DNA of 61,940 nt, counting the filler. It is 3 parts of 3 records of this genome, joined end to end, with 100 filler letters (N's around TTAATTAATTAA, not from the genome) between each part and the next. Parts side by side here need not be neighbours in the genome. Positions count along the whole stretch, not along the records: positions 42,833 to 61,940 come from DRR378314_2562; 2 more parts are not named here. One strand, 5' to 3'. Under the pieces are notes generated by a model that was given only the letters and a program-made list of their open reading frames with translations, had not been told where the DNA came from and did not search any database. This document shows positions 48,617 to 58,481 of the stretch, piece by piece (the first letter of the stretch is position 1; each line of letters opens with the position of its first letter). The translations under genes and the position numbers were made by a program.

Positions 48617-50698
48617 ATGCTCCCTACGTCCATGTCGTTTTCTGTCGCGCCGCTGACTGCGGCGGTTCGCCGCTCGTTGGTGGTGTCGCTGGGCGGAATG
48701 CTCAGCGTTGCGCCATTGGCGGCGCTTGCTCAAGAGGAGCGAGTTGCTAACGATCCTGTTGTGGTAACCGCCACTGCCTTGAAAGTGGATACACCGCTGG
48801 TGGAAACGCCGCGCCCTGTATCCAGCGTTGATCGTCAGGAATTGGAAGCCCGCAACGTCCAGCAACTGGATGAAACCTTCCGTTATCGTGCAGGTGTGCT
48901 TTCGGGGCATTTCGGCAGTGATAACAACACCGACTGGTTCAAGGTGCGTGGGTTTGATCAGTCCACTTACCAAGATGGCCTGCGGATCTATCGCGAAGGG
49001 TTTTACCAGTGGCTGCCGGAGCCATTTGGCTTGGAGCGGGTGGATGTCTTCAAAGGTCCATCCTCTATTCTTTACGGCGAAGCGCCTCCTGGAGGCCTGA
49101 TTAATGCGGTCAGCAAGCGCCCAACAGAAACGCCTCAGGGTGAGGTGAATGTACAGTTTGGCAATCGCGATCATCGTCAAGTGGGCATTGATACCAGCGG
49201 CCCGGTAGGCGAGAGTGACAATGTTCGTTACCGTTTGGTCGGCCTTTATAAAGAACGTGATGGTGATCTGAACGCGACTAGCAACGAGCGTTACTACTTT
49301 GCGCCGAGTTTGGCGGTGGATGTTAGCGACGATACAGCGGTTACCTTTTTGGCCAGCGTGCAGAAAGATGATGGTGTTCCAGTCAACTCCTTCAAGCTGC
49401 CCTATGGCACTGTTCAAGACACCCCCTTTGGCCGTGTCGACCCCCAGACCAACCTGAGTGAGCCGGGGTACGATAAGGATAACCGTACTCAGTGGGCGTT
49501 AGGCTATGAACTACGCCACCACCTTAATGATACGTGGCGCTTCGAGCAGGATTTACGCTACAGCGAGTTGGATTTAGAGCTGCGCAGTACGTACGCCTTC
49601 TTTATGGCAGATGAGCGTCAAGCGGCACGCGGGCATGTATATCGAGATGGCACCATTGATAGTTTGACGGTTGATAACCGTATGGTGGGCACTTGGTACA
49701 CCGATCGTACAGAAAATACCCTGCTGTTGGGGGCGGATTATCAGAACCTTGGGGTGAGTGGCCAAGAAGCTGATCCATTTCCCTTCGGCGATCCTATCGA
49801 TATCTTCAACCCCACCTACGGTAACTTTACGCCCGTAGGGGCGGATGATTTGTTAACCCGCGAAATTGATAAAGAGCAAACTGGCTTGTACGCCCAAAAC
49901 CAACTGCGTATTGATGACCGTTGGGTGCTTTTGGGTGGGGTTCGCTATGATCAGGCGGATACCGAAAACAGGAACGTTACCGCGGCAACAACGCAGCGCT
50001 CAGACGATGACCAAGTATCCTGGTCCGGTGGTGCGATGTATTTGGGGGAAAACGGTGTTAACCCTTATATCAGTTATACCGAATCTTTTGACCCGCTAGG
50101 TCGAGTGGACAGCGATGGTGATCTTTACGAGCCCCGCGAAGGTCGCCAGTGGGAAGCTGGAGTCAAAGTCGCGCCCTTTGGCTGGGACGGCTATGTCACG
50201 GCCGCAGTATTTGACCTGCAAGAGAGCAATACGCTGATCAACTCGCCGAGTGGCTTCCAGGTGCAAGAAGGTGAACGAACCTCTCAGGGCTTTGAGTTGG
50301 AAGGGGTTGGTTACCTAACGGATGACTTAAAAGTGACGGCGGCTTATACCTATACCGATTCACGCCTTGAAGATGATCAGCGGGCGCCCCTGATCCCGCG
50401 CCACCAGGCGTCAACCTGGTTGGACTATGCCTTTACCGGCGGCGCCTTGAAGGGCGTTACCTTAGGTGGAGGTGTGCGTTATGTGGGGAGCACGATAGAC
50501 ACCAGTGTGGCAGATAACACTGCCGTGGGTAGCTACACGCTGGTCGATGCGATGGTGGGCTATGAGTTTGCTGATGGTTGGCAGGCTCAATTGAACGTCA
50601 ATAACCTCACCGATAAAGAGTACGTGGCGAGCTGTGAATATTGGTGCTACTACGGTGAGTCTCGCAGTGTCATTGGCAGCGTGAGGTATCGTTGGTAA
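48617..50698 (+). CDS. TonB-dependent siderophore receptor (FhuA/FoxA-like)
   Basis: VVVTATALKVDTPLVETP, LERVDVFKGPSSILYG, NNLTDKEYVASC, C-terminal YRW. Confidence 0.93.
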   Translation: MLPTSMSFSVAPLTAAVRRSLVVSLGGMLSVAPLAALAQEERVANDPVVVTATALKVDTPLVETPRPVSSVDRQELEARNVQQLDETFRYRAGVLSGHFGSDNNTDWFKVRGFDQSTYQDGLRIYREGFYQWLPEPFGLERVDVFKGPSSILYGEAPPGGLINAVSKRPTETPQGEVNVQFGNRDHRQVGIDTSGPVGESDNVRYRLVGLYKERDGDLNATSNERYYFAPSLAVDVSDDTAVTFLASVQKDDGVPVNSFKLPYGTVQDTPFGRVDPQTNLSEPGYDKDNRTQWALGYELRHHLNDTWRFEQDLRYSELDLELRSTYAFFMADERQAARGHVYRDGTIDSLTVDNRMVGTWYTDRTENTLLLGADYQNLGVSGQEADPFPFGDPIDIFNPTYGNFTPVGADDLLTREIDKEQTGLYAQNQLRIDDRWVLLGGVRYDQADTENRNVTAATTQRSDDDQVSWSGGAMYLGENGVNPYISYTESFDPLGRVDSDGDLYEPREGRQWEAGVKVAPFGWDGYVTAAVFDLQESNTLINSPSGFQVQEGERTSQGFELEGVGYLTDDLKVTAAYTYTDSRLEDDQRAPLIPRHQASTWLDYAFTGGALKGVTLGGGVRYVGSTIDTSVADNTAVGSYTLVDAMVGYEFADGWQAQLNVNNLTDKEYVASCEYWCYYGESRSVIGSVRYRW

Positions 50699-50723
50699 CG
50701 CTTGGTTTTCCGCCACTGCTCCG

Positions 50724-51440
50724 TTAGCTGTGTGGTGTCAGTACACGGGCATACAGCGCACAATCTTCGCTATAGCAAGTGCAAGACGCTTCGATCAGGC
50801 CGGGGCGATCCATGATGATGATTTCACCACGGTGGTAACGAATTAGGCCGCGTGTTTGCAGGGCAATTGCCGCCAACGTAATCCCTGCTCGTCGCACGCC
50901 TAGCATCATGGCCAAGAACTCGTGGGTTAGCTGCAATCTATCTGATTTGGCGCGGTCTTGGGTCATTAGCAGCCAGCGGGCAAGGCGTTCCTCAATCCGG
51001 TGAAAATGGATGCAGGCCGCTGAGTTCGCTAGCTGATTAATGACGACGTAAAGGTACCGTTTTAGCCGCAAATGCAATACTGGGCACTCTACCGACAGCC
51101 GTTGAAAACTAGCAGCGTTGATACGCAGTGCTCCCCCAGCTCCCTGAACAACTGCGAGCAGAGGCGCTTCTTGGATACCGAGCATCAGTGAGAGACCAAG
51201 CATGCCTTCACGTCCCGTCATCGCCACTTCAAGGCGGCTATCCCCATGAAGAATAACGATCTGTGAAATGAAACTGGTGATGGGGAAGTAGGCGTGGGTG
51301 ACTGTATCGGTAGCGCGGTAAAGTTCTTCGCCAAAGGTAAGCGACACAGTCTCGCAATTGGCCATCAAAGCGTCTTGCTCAGCAGTGGGTAGGTCAGCAA
51401 GAAGTTGATTGGCATCAGCAGCGTGAAAAATAGACGTCAT
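50724..51440 (-). CDS. Crp/Fnr-family regulator (copy 2)
   Basis: NQLLADLP, AYFP, GREGMLG, RLARWLL, LTHEFLAMMLGVRRAGIT, CTCY. Start at ATG 51440 (GGAGAG). Confidence 0.9.
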   Translation of the reverse strand: MTSIFHAADANQLLADLPTAEQDALMANCETVSLTFGEELYRATDTVTHAYFPITSFISQIVILHGDSRLEVAMTGREGMLGLSLMLGIQEAPLLAVVQGAGGALRINAASFQRLSVECPVLHLRLKRYLYVVINQLANSAACIHFHRIEERLARWLLMTQDRAKSDRLQLTHEFLAMMLGVRRAGITLAAIALQTRGLIRYHRGEIIIMDRPGLIEASCTCYSEDCALYARVLTPHS

Positions 51441-51573
51441 GTGCCTCTCCGGTTGAAAGAACCTGGCAAACGGCACAATGAAGATCGCGATCATTTTGAT
51501 GTCGGCTGCAGATGTACCATCATCTGTTTTTAATGGTACATACACATATTAACACTGGGGTGAATTAAGTGTC

Positions 51574-51589
51574 GGCACGCTAGCGTACA
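51574..51589 (-). promoter_or_regulatory. Crp-family box 1 (TGTACGCTAGCGTGCC on the minus strand)
   Basis: Repeat of the boxes at 52493 and 52567; TAATAT -10 at 51551-51546. Confidence 0.6.
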
Positions 51590-51638
51590 TAGCGCGTTGG
51601 TGCTTTTGGCATTATATTAGCGGCTTCACTAATGTTGC

Positions 51639-52358
51639 TCACATAACGTCATGGTGCTTGAGTAGCCGATCATACTCGCGTTTGACCACTGAGTAGCACT
51701 CGCAGACTCGTGCTTCCAACCCAAGACGGTCGATGACTTTGATATGCCCACGGTAGTATGAGATCAAGCCAGCCTTTTGAAGTTTACCCGCTGACTCGGT
51801 GACTCCCTCGCGACGCACGCCTAGCATATTGGCAATTAATTCCTGGGTCATCACCAGTTCATTTCCTGGCAGCCGATCAATGCTGAGCAACAGCCAGCGG
51901 CATAGCTGTTGGTCGACGCTGTGGTGACGGTTGCATACCGCTGTCTGCGCCATCTGGGTCAGTAAGGCCTGGGTATAGCGAAGCAGTAGTCTCTGCATGG
52001 CGCCGGCGCGGTAGAACTCGTTTTTGAGCAGCTGTCCTTTAAGCCGATAAGCATGTCCTGCGCTCTGTACGATCGCTCGGCTGGGGGTGGTTTCACCTCC
52101 CATAAAGAGCGAGACGCCTACAATTCCCTCGTAGCCGACTATAGCGATCTCCGTCGAGGCGCCGTTCTCCATCACGCATAGCAGCGAGACGATGGAATCC
52201 AGCGGAAAGTAGACATGACTCATCTGCTGACCAGGTTCACTAAGTGATTGACCCAATGTCAGCGTCACTCTTTCAAGGTGAGGCAACAGATGCGCAAGAT
52301 CATCTCTGGGAAGTAGTTCTAGCAACGCATTTTGCTTGAAATTATTCGGTTCAAGCAT
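51639..52358 (-). CDS. Crp/Fnr-family regulator (copy 1)
   Basis: HVYFP, EIAIVGYEG, AQTAVCNRHH, MTQELIANMLGVRREGVT, CECY. Confidence 0.92.
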   Translation of the reverse strand: MLEPNNFKQNALLELLPRDDLAHLLPHLERVTLTLGQSLSEPGQQMSHVYFPLDSIVSLLCVMENGASTEIAIVGYEGIVGVSLFMGGETTPSRAIVQSAGHAYRLKGQLLKNEFYRAGAMQRLLLRYTQALLTQMAQTAVCNRHHSVDQQLCRWLLLSIDRLPGNELVMTQELIANMLGVRREGVTESAGKLQKAGLISYYRGHIKVIDRLGLEARVCECYSVVKREYDRLLKHHDVM

Positions 52359-52492
52359 TGAATATCCTCATTATCCTAAGCTTAGATGCAGCTTTCTTTA
52401 GCCGCCGCTTCTACAAGGGAACCCTTGTGGATGTACGCCCTCCAGCCGATAGACATTCTCCTTTCAAGTATAGAGTGCCTTGAGACAATCTC

Positions 52493-52508
52493 TGTACGCT
52501 ATCGCACA
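52493..52508. promoter_or_regulatory. Crp-family box 2 (TGTACGCTATCGCACA)
   Basis: Near-palindrome; minus-strand TATACT -10 at 52472-52467. Confidence 0.68.
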
Positions 52509-52566
52509 TAGGGCTGATTTGTGGACATGAGTGTCGCCAATTTTAATTTAAATAACTTGCGGCTTA

Positions 52567-52582
52567 TGTTCGCTAGCGCACA
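52567..52582. promoter_or_regulatory. Crp-family box 3 (TGTTCGCTAGCGCACA)
   Basis: Near-perfect palindrome; TAATGT -10 at 52604-52609. Confidence 0.68.
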
Positions 52583-52704
52583 GTGAATTATTTATCTACC
52601 GCCTAATGTCACTATCAGTGTGGCAAGGGATATGCCTGAACAGGATGTTGCACTGTGCTCTGCAAGGAAAGCAGCGCCGACCTTACCCTTGGGCAAGGCT
52701 ACAC

Positions 52705-53757
52705 ATGGATAAAAACGTCATGCTGTACGGTGGTCACCAAAACAATAACGCCCAGACGACAGAAAATGATGCCGAGCAAGGTGCCGACGAGCGGTTGCGA
52801 AGTGTCGAGAATGCCCTGCAAGTAGAAAGGGATTGGGCTAAAGCAACACTAAATTCAATCGGTGATGCTGTTTTGACGACCGATTTGAGCGCCAGGATTA
52901 CCTATCTGAACTGCGTTGCTGAAGTGTTAACCGGTTGGACAAGTTTAGAGGCGCTTGGTAAACCAATTGATCAGGTCTTGAAACTCGTTCATATCCAAAC
53001 TTACGAGCCCGTGCCTAACCCAGCGCTAAGAGCGATAGAAGAAAATCGCACGGTAGGGTTGGCTCTGGACTGCGTGCTGATTCGCCAGGATGGTAGCCAG
53101 CTAGAGATAGAAGATTCGGCGGCTCCTATCCATGATGGCCATGGTGTTACGGTAGGGGCGGTAATTGTATTTCATGATGCCAAGCACTCTTTAACACGCG
53201 CAGAGCAACTAGCCTATCAGGCCCACTATGATGCGCTAACCAAGCTGCCTAATCGTTTTCTATTTGCAGAACACTTTGCTCGCGCTATCCGTCTAGCAAA
53301 ACGGCACGACCATTATGTCGCACTGCTATATTTAGATATCGATAACTTTAAGTTCATCAATGATTCACTTGGCCATACTGTTGGCGACAGTCTGTTGCAG
53401 CTCGTCGCTAACTGTCTCAGTGAATGCGTACGTGCTACAGACTCCGTGTCCCGACAGGGTGGGGATGAGTTTATAGTGTTGCTTAGCGAAATTGAAAAAC
53501 TAAGTGATGCTGCCAGAGTGGCAGAAAAAATCCTTCGGGCATTAGCGATACCATGCTGTCTTGGTCACTATAAACTAGGCATTAGTGTCAGTATCGGGAT
53601 CAGCCTCTATCCTGATCATGGGGCAGATGAACATAGTTTGCTCGAGAATGCCGACACCGCTATGTACCGTGCAAAGAAAAGCGGTCGACATCAATACCAA
53701 GTATTTAGCTATGATATGAACAATAAGCACTGGCAATGTAAGCATAAAGAACGTTGA
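52705..53757 (+). CDS. PAS-GGDEF diguanylate cyclase
   Basis: TLNSIGDAVLTTD PAS, YDALTKLPNR, RQGGDEF, ADTAMYRAK. Start uncertain (52606/52705/52720). Confidence 0.9.
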   Translation: MDKNVMLYGGHQNNNAQTTENDAEQGADERLRSVENALQVERDWAKATLNSIGDAVLTTDLSARITYLNCVAEVLTGWTSLEALGKPIDQVLKLVHIQTYEPVPNPALRAIEENRTVGLALDCVLIRQDGSQLEIEDSAAPIHDGHGVTVGAVIVFHDAKHSLTRAEQLAYQAHYDALTKLPNRFLFAEHFARAIRLAKRHDHYVALLYLDIDNFKFINDSLGHTVGDSLLQLVANCLSECVRATDSVSRQGGDEFIVLLSEIEKLSDAARVAEKILRALAIPCCLGHYKLGISVSIGISLYPDHGADEHSLLENADTAMYRAKKSGRHQYQVFSYDMNNKHWQCKHKER

Positions 53758-53841
53758 ACTCGTTTAGCTATCCATTTTATTAGAATTCACTAGACTCAAA
53801 CGTTACGCTCATGTGGTGTTGTACGTCTGGGAGTCGCTTTT

Positions 53842-55194
53842 ATGACACGATTTTATCGCCGTTTTAGTGTGATGTTGCCGCTTGCGTTTCCCGCTTTGCT
53901 GCTTAGCTCAATGGTTCATGCGGCTGCTCCGCAGGCGAGTACCTCGGTATTAAGTGCTGAAGCTTCTGACCCAAACCAGTTAGGCTGGATGCAGGGTTTC
54001 CCACCTGCGCCGAAGCAGTTGATTGGCCAGCCAGACTCCAACTACTTTAGTTTCCCCAAAATGCGCTGGACGGTGTGCCACTTTCGCGAGCTGTTGCCTA
54101 CTAAGCAGGTCAGCCGTGGGTTGGGCGCACCTGCTCCTTTGCCCTATGCATTAGATGACGCGATAAACGCTGTCACCTTCACTCCAATTGACGCTAGTGA
54201 GCCTATGTCGTGGCAGGCGTCGCTGAATGAAAACTACACCGATGGTCTGCTGATTCTTCACCAAGGCCAGGTGGTGTATGAGACTTACTCAGGCTGTTTG
54301 GATGAAACGGGCCAGCACGGCGCTATGTCGGTGACTAAATCGATGACCGGCTTGCTAGGTGAGATTTTGGTGGCAGAAGGCGTGTTGGATGAGCAGGCAA
54401 TCGTAGGCGATATACTGCCGGAACTTGCCGATAGTGCTTTTGGTAACGCTACGGTGAAACAGCTACTTGAGATGACCACAGGCCTTGCTTACAGCGAAGA
54501 TTACAGTGACCCCAACGCTGAGATCTGGGCCTACAATGCAGCGGCAAGCCCGCTTCCCAAACCAGACGATTACACTGGGCCGCGTACCTATTATGAGTAT
54601 CTCGCAACGGTGCAACCGGAAGGGGAGCATGGGCAGGTCTTTGGCTATAAAACGATTAATACCGATGCACTTGGCTGGGTGATCGCGCGCACGACGGGTG
54701 AATCGGTGGCGTCACTGTTGTCATCGCGTCTTTGGCAGCGGTTAGGCATGGAGCAGGATGCTTACTTTACCGTGGACTCTATTGGCACGCCGTTCGCAGG
54801 GGGCGGTTTGAGCGCTGGCCTTCGGGATTTGGCCAGAGTCGGCCAGTTGGTGCTTAATGAAGGCGTAATGAATGGTGAGCGGCTATTTCCTGCCGCAGCC
54901 GTTGAGCGCATTCGGGAAGGCGGCGACAGGCAAGCGTTTGACGCCGCGGGATACCGTTATTTACCGGGCGGTAGCTACCGCGGCATGTGGTGGTCTCTGC
55001 ATAACGAGCATGGCGCCTTTGCCGCAAGAGGGGTGCATGGACAAACCATTTATATTGACCCCACCGCTGAGATGGTCATTGTGCGTTTTGCATCGCACCC
55101 GGTGGCGGGAAATGCGGCTAATGACCCGACTTCACTTCCCGCCTATCAGGCGGTTGCAGAGTATTTGATGGAAAAAGCGGCTATGACACCTTAG
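53842..55194 (+). CDS. Exported serine hydrolase, beta-lactamase fold (NylB/6-aminohexanoate-dimer hydrolase-like)
   Basis: Signal peptide, MSVTKS (SxxK), FGYKTINTDALGW, ARGVHGQTIYIDP. Confidence 0.85.
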   Translation: MTRFYRRFSVMLPLAFPALLLSSMVHAAAPQASTSVLSAEASDPNQLGWMQGFPPAPKQLIGQPDSNYFSFPKMRWTVCHFRELLPTKQVSRGLGAPAPLPYALDDAINAVTFTPIDASEPMSWQASLNENYTDGLLILHQGQVVYETYSGCLDETGQHGAMSVTKSMTGLLGEILVAEGVLDEQAIVGDILPELADSAFGNATVKQLLEMTTGLAYSEDYSDPNAEIWAYNAAASPLPKPDDYTGPRTYYEYLATVQPEGEHGQVFGYKTINTDALGWVIARTTGESVASLLSSRLWQRLGMEQDAYFTVDSIGTPFAGGGLSAGLRDLARVGQLVLNEGVMNGERLFPAAAVERIREGGDRQAFDAAGYRYLPGGSYRGMWWSLHNEHGAFAARGVHGQTIYIDPTAEMVIVRFASHPVAGNAANDPTSLPAYQAVAEYLMEKAAMTP

Positions 55195-55230
55195 AAATAC
55201 GCCAAACGGTACTTTCCATAGATTGAAACT

Positions 55231-55268
55231 AAAAACTCCGGTTTGAATTAGTTACAAACCGGAGTTTT
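55231..55268. terminator. Bidirectional intrinsic terminator
   Basis: AAAACTCCGGTTTG-N9-CAAACCGGAGTTTT between convergent genes. Confidence 0.8.
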
Positions 55269-55319
55269 CTACGTGTTTAGCTTATTGGAAAGCTAAAAGC
55301 TTGAGGTGGTTTTAGGTTA

Positions 55320-56762
55320 TCAAGCTGCGGGTACACTGCGTTGATGAGTGGTTGTTTGTTCGGCGTTATCTGCTGGTGAGGTTCTCCAAATGGCAATATT
55401 GGCATAGCCGTAGAAGATAGCGATTACCAGTACAAGCATGTGATACCAAAGGAATGGCAGGTAGCTCAGTGTCGAAACGCCAAGGGTTGCGGCCATAAAT
55501 ACACCGCCGTCTGTCCATGGCACCATAGGAGTTGTAATAGTACCGCCCGCTTCTGCGTTACGAGAGAGAACGCGACGATCGATCCCCTGTTTGTCGTAGT
55601 TCTTCTCAGTTATCGTGCTGGCGGTAATGAGTGAGACATAGGCTGCGCCACCAAAGAAGTTACCGAAGAAGCCACCCAACATGGTTGAAAGGGTAAGTCG
55701 GCCTGGATTGTTGGCCCAACTGAGAAACCCCTGGCTGATAGCCTGTAGAATGCCGACCCGTTCCATTAAACCGCCTAAACCAAGCGCGAAAAGGATGAGG
55801 GCAACGACACCCAGCATAGACTCTATTCCGCCACGGTTAAGAAGGGTGTTGAGAAACGCTTCATCAGACTGCATTGCATTGCCGGAATAGGCGGTTTGGA
55901 TCGCATCAACCGGACTCATGTCCTGCACTAGCCAAGCACAGATGCTGCCGAGGAGCGCACCTAATGTGATGACAGGGATGGCTGGCAAGCGACGAGTCAA
56001 TAGGATAATAACCACGACCGCTGGAAGCAGCAGCCAAGGCGTTATTGTGAAGTGACTTTCCAGGGCCTGCATAGCCGCTGCTGCTTGAGATGTGTCTGCT
56101 GTGTCGCTGATATAGAAAAAACCAACGGTGATGAACAGTATCGACGCGATGATAACCGCAGGCCCGCTAACCCACATCATCGAGCGAATATGGTCTATAA
56201 GATTCACCTTACACAGTGACGCAGTCATCACTGTTGTATCGGAAAGCGGCGACATTTTGTCACCTACGTACGCGCCTGATATCACGGCACCAGCAACCAG
56301 TGGTAGCGGAATACCAAAGCTGTGGCCGATACCCATCATCGCTACCCCAGCCGTTCCCACCGTACCAAAGGAAGTGCCGGTAGCTAGAGACGTTAAGGAG
56401 CAGATAATAAAAGCTGCGAAAAGGAAAATCTGTGGGTTCATCACTGACAGGCCGTAATAAATAATGCTCGGTACGATACCGCCTGCAATCCAAGTGCCAA
56501 TCAGTGCCCCCACAGTAGTGAGCACCAAAACGGCCTCCATGCCGTTATGAATACCTTTAATAAGTCCTTCCTGCATGTTTTCGTAGGAAAGCTTAAGTTT
56601 TAAGCCCAGCCCCATAATCAAAAACCAAGAGGCGAACAAGGCAAGTTGTATCGGGAGTTCGAGTAAGCTGATACTGACAAACATGATGGCTATAAAGCCG
56701 AACATGATGGCAAAAACCTCTATCATGTTAGGTAGTCTTACGAGACCTTTTGGGGAAGACAT
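55320..56762 (-). CDS. NhaC-family transporter (probably amino acid uptake)
   Basis: GALIGTWIAGG, ATGTSFGT, SGAYVGDKMSPLSDTT, LLNRGG. Confidence 0.9.
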   Translation of the reverse strand: MSSPKGLVRLPNMIEVFAIMFGFIAIMFVSISLLELPIQLALFASWFLIMGLGLKLKLSYENMQEGLIKGIHNGMEAVLVLTTVGALIGTWIAGGIVPSIIYYGLSVMNPQIFLFAAFIICSLTSLATGTSFGTVGTAGVAMMGIGHSFGIPLPLVAGAVISGAYVGDKMSPLSDTTVMTASLCKVNLIDHIRSMMWVSGPAVIIASILFITVGFFYISDTADTSQAAAAMQALESHFTITPWLLLPAVVVIILLTRRLPAIPVITLGALLGSICAWLVQDMSPVDAIQTAYSGNAMQSDEAFLNTLLNRGGIESMLGVVALILFALGLGGLMERVGILQAISQGFLSWANNPGRLTLSTMLGGFFGNFFGGAAYVSLITASTITEKNYDKQGIDRRVLSRNAEAGGTITTPMVPWTDGGVFMAATLGVSTLSYLPFLWYHMLVLVIAIFYGYANIAIWRTSPADNAEQTTTHQRSVPAA

Positions 56763-56805
56763 AATAGCTCCTATGACGTTGTTCTTAGGGTTGGGGTGTC
56801 GCGTG

Positions 56806-58113
56806 CTAGGAAAATCGGCTTAGCCGATAGGGGGATAAATCAATGGGCAGTTGGCAGGGCAGTTGAGCTTGTTGGTTTTCTTGCTTGGCCAGCTGGCTAA
56901 TAATCTCGGCGGTAATAGCGGCTTGAGTGAGGCCAAGGTGATGGTGCCCGAAAGCTAGTAGGACTCTGCCACTTTTAACGCTATCGATAATAGGGAGTGA
57001 GTCGGGTAGCGAGGGGCGAAAGCCCATCCAAGTTTTGGCTTCGGTAGTATCCAAGTCGTTTTTGAAGAGCCCTTGGCTGAGTTTGTGCAGTTGCCAAGCG
57101 CGTTGCATATTGGCTGGTCGATGGAGTCCTGCAAATTCGACAGTGCCTGCCAATCGTAATCCCTCATCCATGGGCGTCATGATGAAACGACGCTCCAACG
57201 AGGTAACCGCCATAGGCAGCCGATGCCGTTCATGAGGCAGCATCAGGTGATAGCCCCTCTCCGTATCAAGAGGAACTTTAGTACCCGTTAGTGTGGCAGT
57301 GAGATGGGCAGAATGAGCTCCACATGAAATAACAACTTTGCCGGCCGTGAAGGAGGACGAACTCGCGGTCTTCAGCATCACACCGTGGCCATGGTCTTGG
57401 CCTGATATGACGTTTTCTTGTCTAAACTGCACTCCATTGGCTTTAGCAGCGGATACGAGTGAGTCGACGATCTGTGAGGGATTAATCGTATGTGCGGTGT
57501 CAGGGAAGAATAGCCCGCCTTTAATGCTGTCTGACAATTGAGGAGCAATGTCTTTAATTGCACTGCCTTGCCAGTATTCCACGGCTACTTGCTGGTCGGT
57601 CATCCTTGTGTGAAGTGCTGCTAACTCTTCGGCAGCGCTATCCTTTTCATAAACCAGGAGAGACCCGTCTTCTTTTAGCAGATGCCTGCTATCTATGGTG
57701 TCAAGCAGCCGACGCCAAGCATCCAGACTATTTTCATTGAGAGCACGGATACCTGCCACACTGGCTTGATAAGGAGCCTTGCGTAGATTCCAAAGTAACC
57801 GAGTGAACCAGGGTAGGGCCTTGGGAACATAGCGCCAATCCAAGCGTAGCGGCCCCATTGGGTCCAGTAGCATTTTGGGTAGTCGCTTCACAATGGCTGC
57901 ATCGGCAATAGGAAAAACCTGCTCCGTTGCCATATGGCCCGCGTTGCCAAACGATGCACCCATACCCGGATGCTGGTGGCTGTCTAGCACCAAAACACGC
58001 AAGCCTTGTTGGCTCAATGACAGGGCGCAAGCGCTACCTACCACTCCTGCACCGATAACGATGACATCAGCATCCTCGTTAGAGCCGCTACCCTTCGTGC
58101 TTCGTGGATTCAT
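56806..58113 (-). CDS. FAD-dependent D-amino acid dehydrogenase (putative D-hydroxyproline dehydrogenase)
   Basis: IGAGVVG, GASFGNAGH, ERGYH, WMGFRPSLPDSLP, FGHHHLGLT; context of KGSADH and an Ldh_2 reductase. Confidence 0.82.
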   Translation of the reverse strand: MNPRSTKGSGSNEDADVIVIGAGVVGSACALSLSQQGLRVLVLDSHQHPGMGASFGNAGHMATEQVFPIADAAIVKRLPKMLLDPMGPLRLDWRYVPKALPWFTRLLWNLRKAPYQASVAGIRALNENSLDAWRRLLDTIDSRHLLKEDGSLLVYEKDSAAEELAALHTRMTDQQVAVEYWQGSAIKDIAPQLSDSIKGGLFFPDTAHTINPSQIVDSLVSAAKANGVQFRQENVISGQDHGHGVMLKTASSSSFTAGKVVISCGAHSAHLTATLTGTKVPLDTERGYHLMLPHERHRLPMAVTSLERRFIMTPMDEGLRLAGTVEFAGLHRPANMQRAWQLHKLSQGLFKNDLDTTEAKTWMGFRPSLPDSLPIIDSVKSGRVLLAFGHHHLGLTQAAITAEIISQLAKQENQQAQLPCQLPIDLSPYRLSRFS

Positions 58114-58142
58114 GAAGCTTCCTTAATTCTATTTTTTGTAGA

Positions 58143-58153
58143 TTGTATAAAAT
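58143..58153. promoter_or_regulatory. Putative GntR/FCD operator
   Basis: TTGTATAAAAT; exact reverse complement at 59186-59196; near the TTGTATACAA-type GntR palindrome. Confidence 0.6.
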
Positions 58154-58481
58154 ATATCTCAGGTTTGTGAATCGGATCAATACCGTCAACGACAAATATT
58201 GATAAGAAATGGCAGGAGAGGAGCGCCTTGCGATGGCGAGGGGGCAAGCAGCGAGCGGTAAAAATGGAACTACCTAGTAGTTCAATGGTGCTTATGGGGT
58301 AGAAACGATAGGAACAGGGCTTAATCCGCCAAAACTATTCGAATAGCCGGAAAGCGCTAGTGTTAGCTAGCCGAAGTATATGAAGAGGGGAAGTGGTGCT
58401 AGAAGTAGTATTGATAACTTAAGCGGAAGAGAGGGGGGACAACTATGGTTGGAGTCGGATAGTGAAAGTGGCACTCATACT

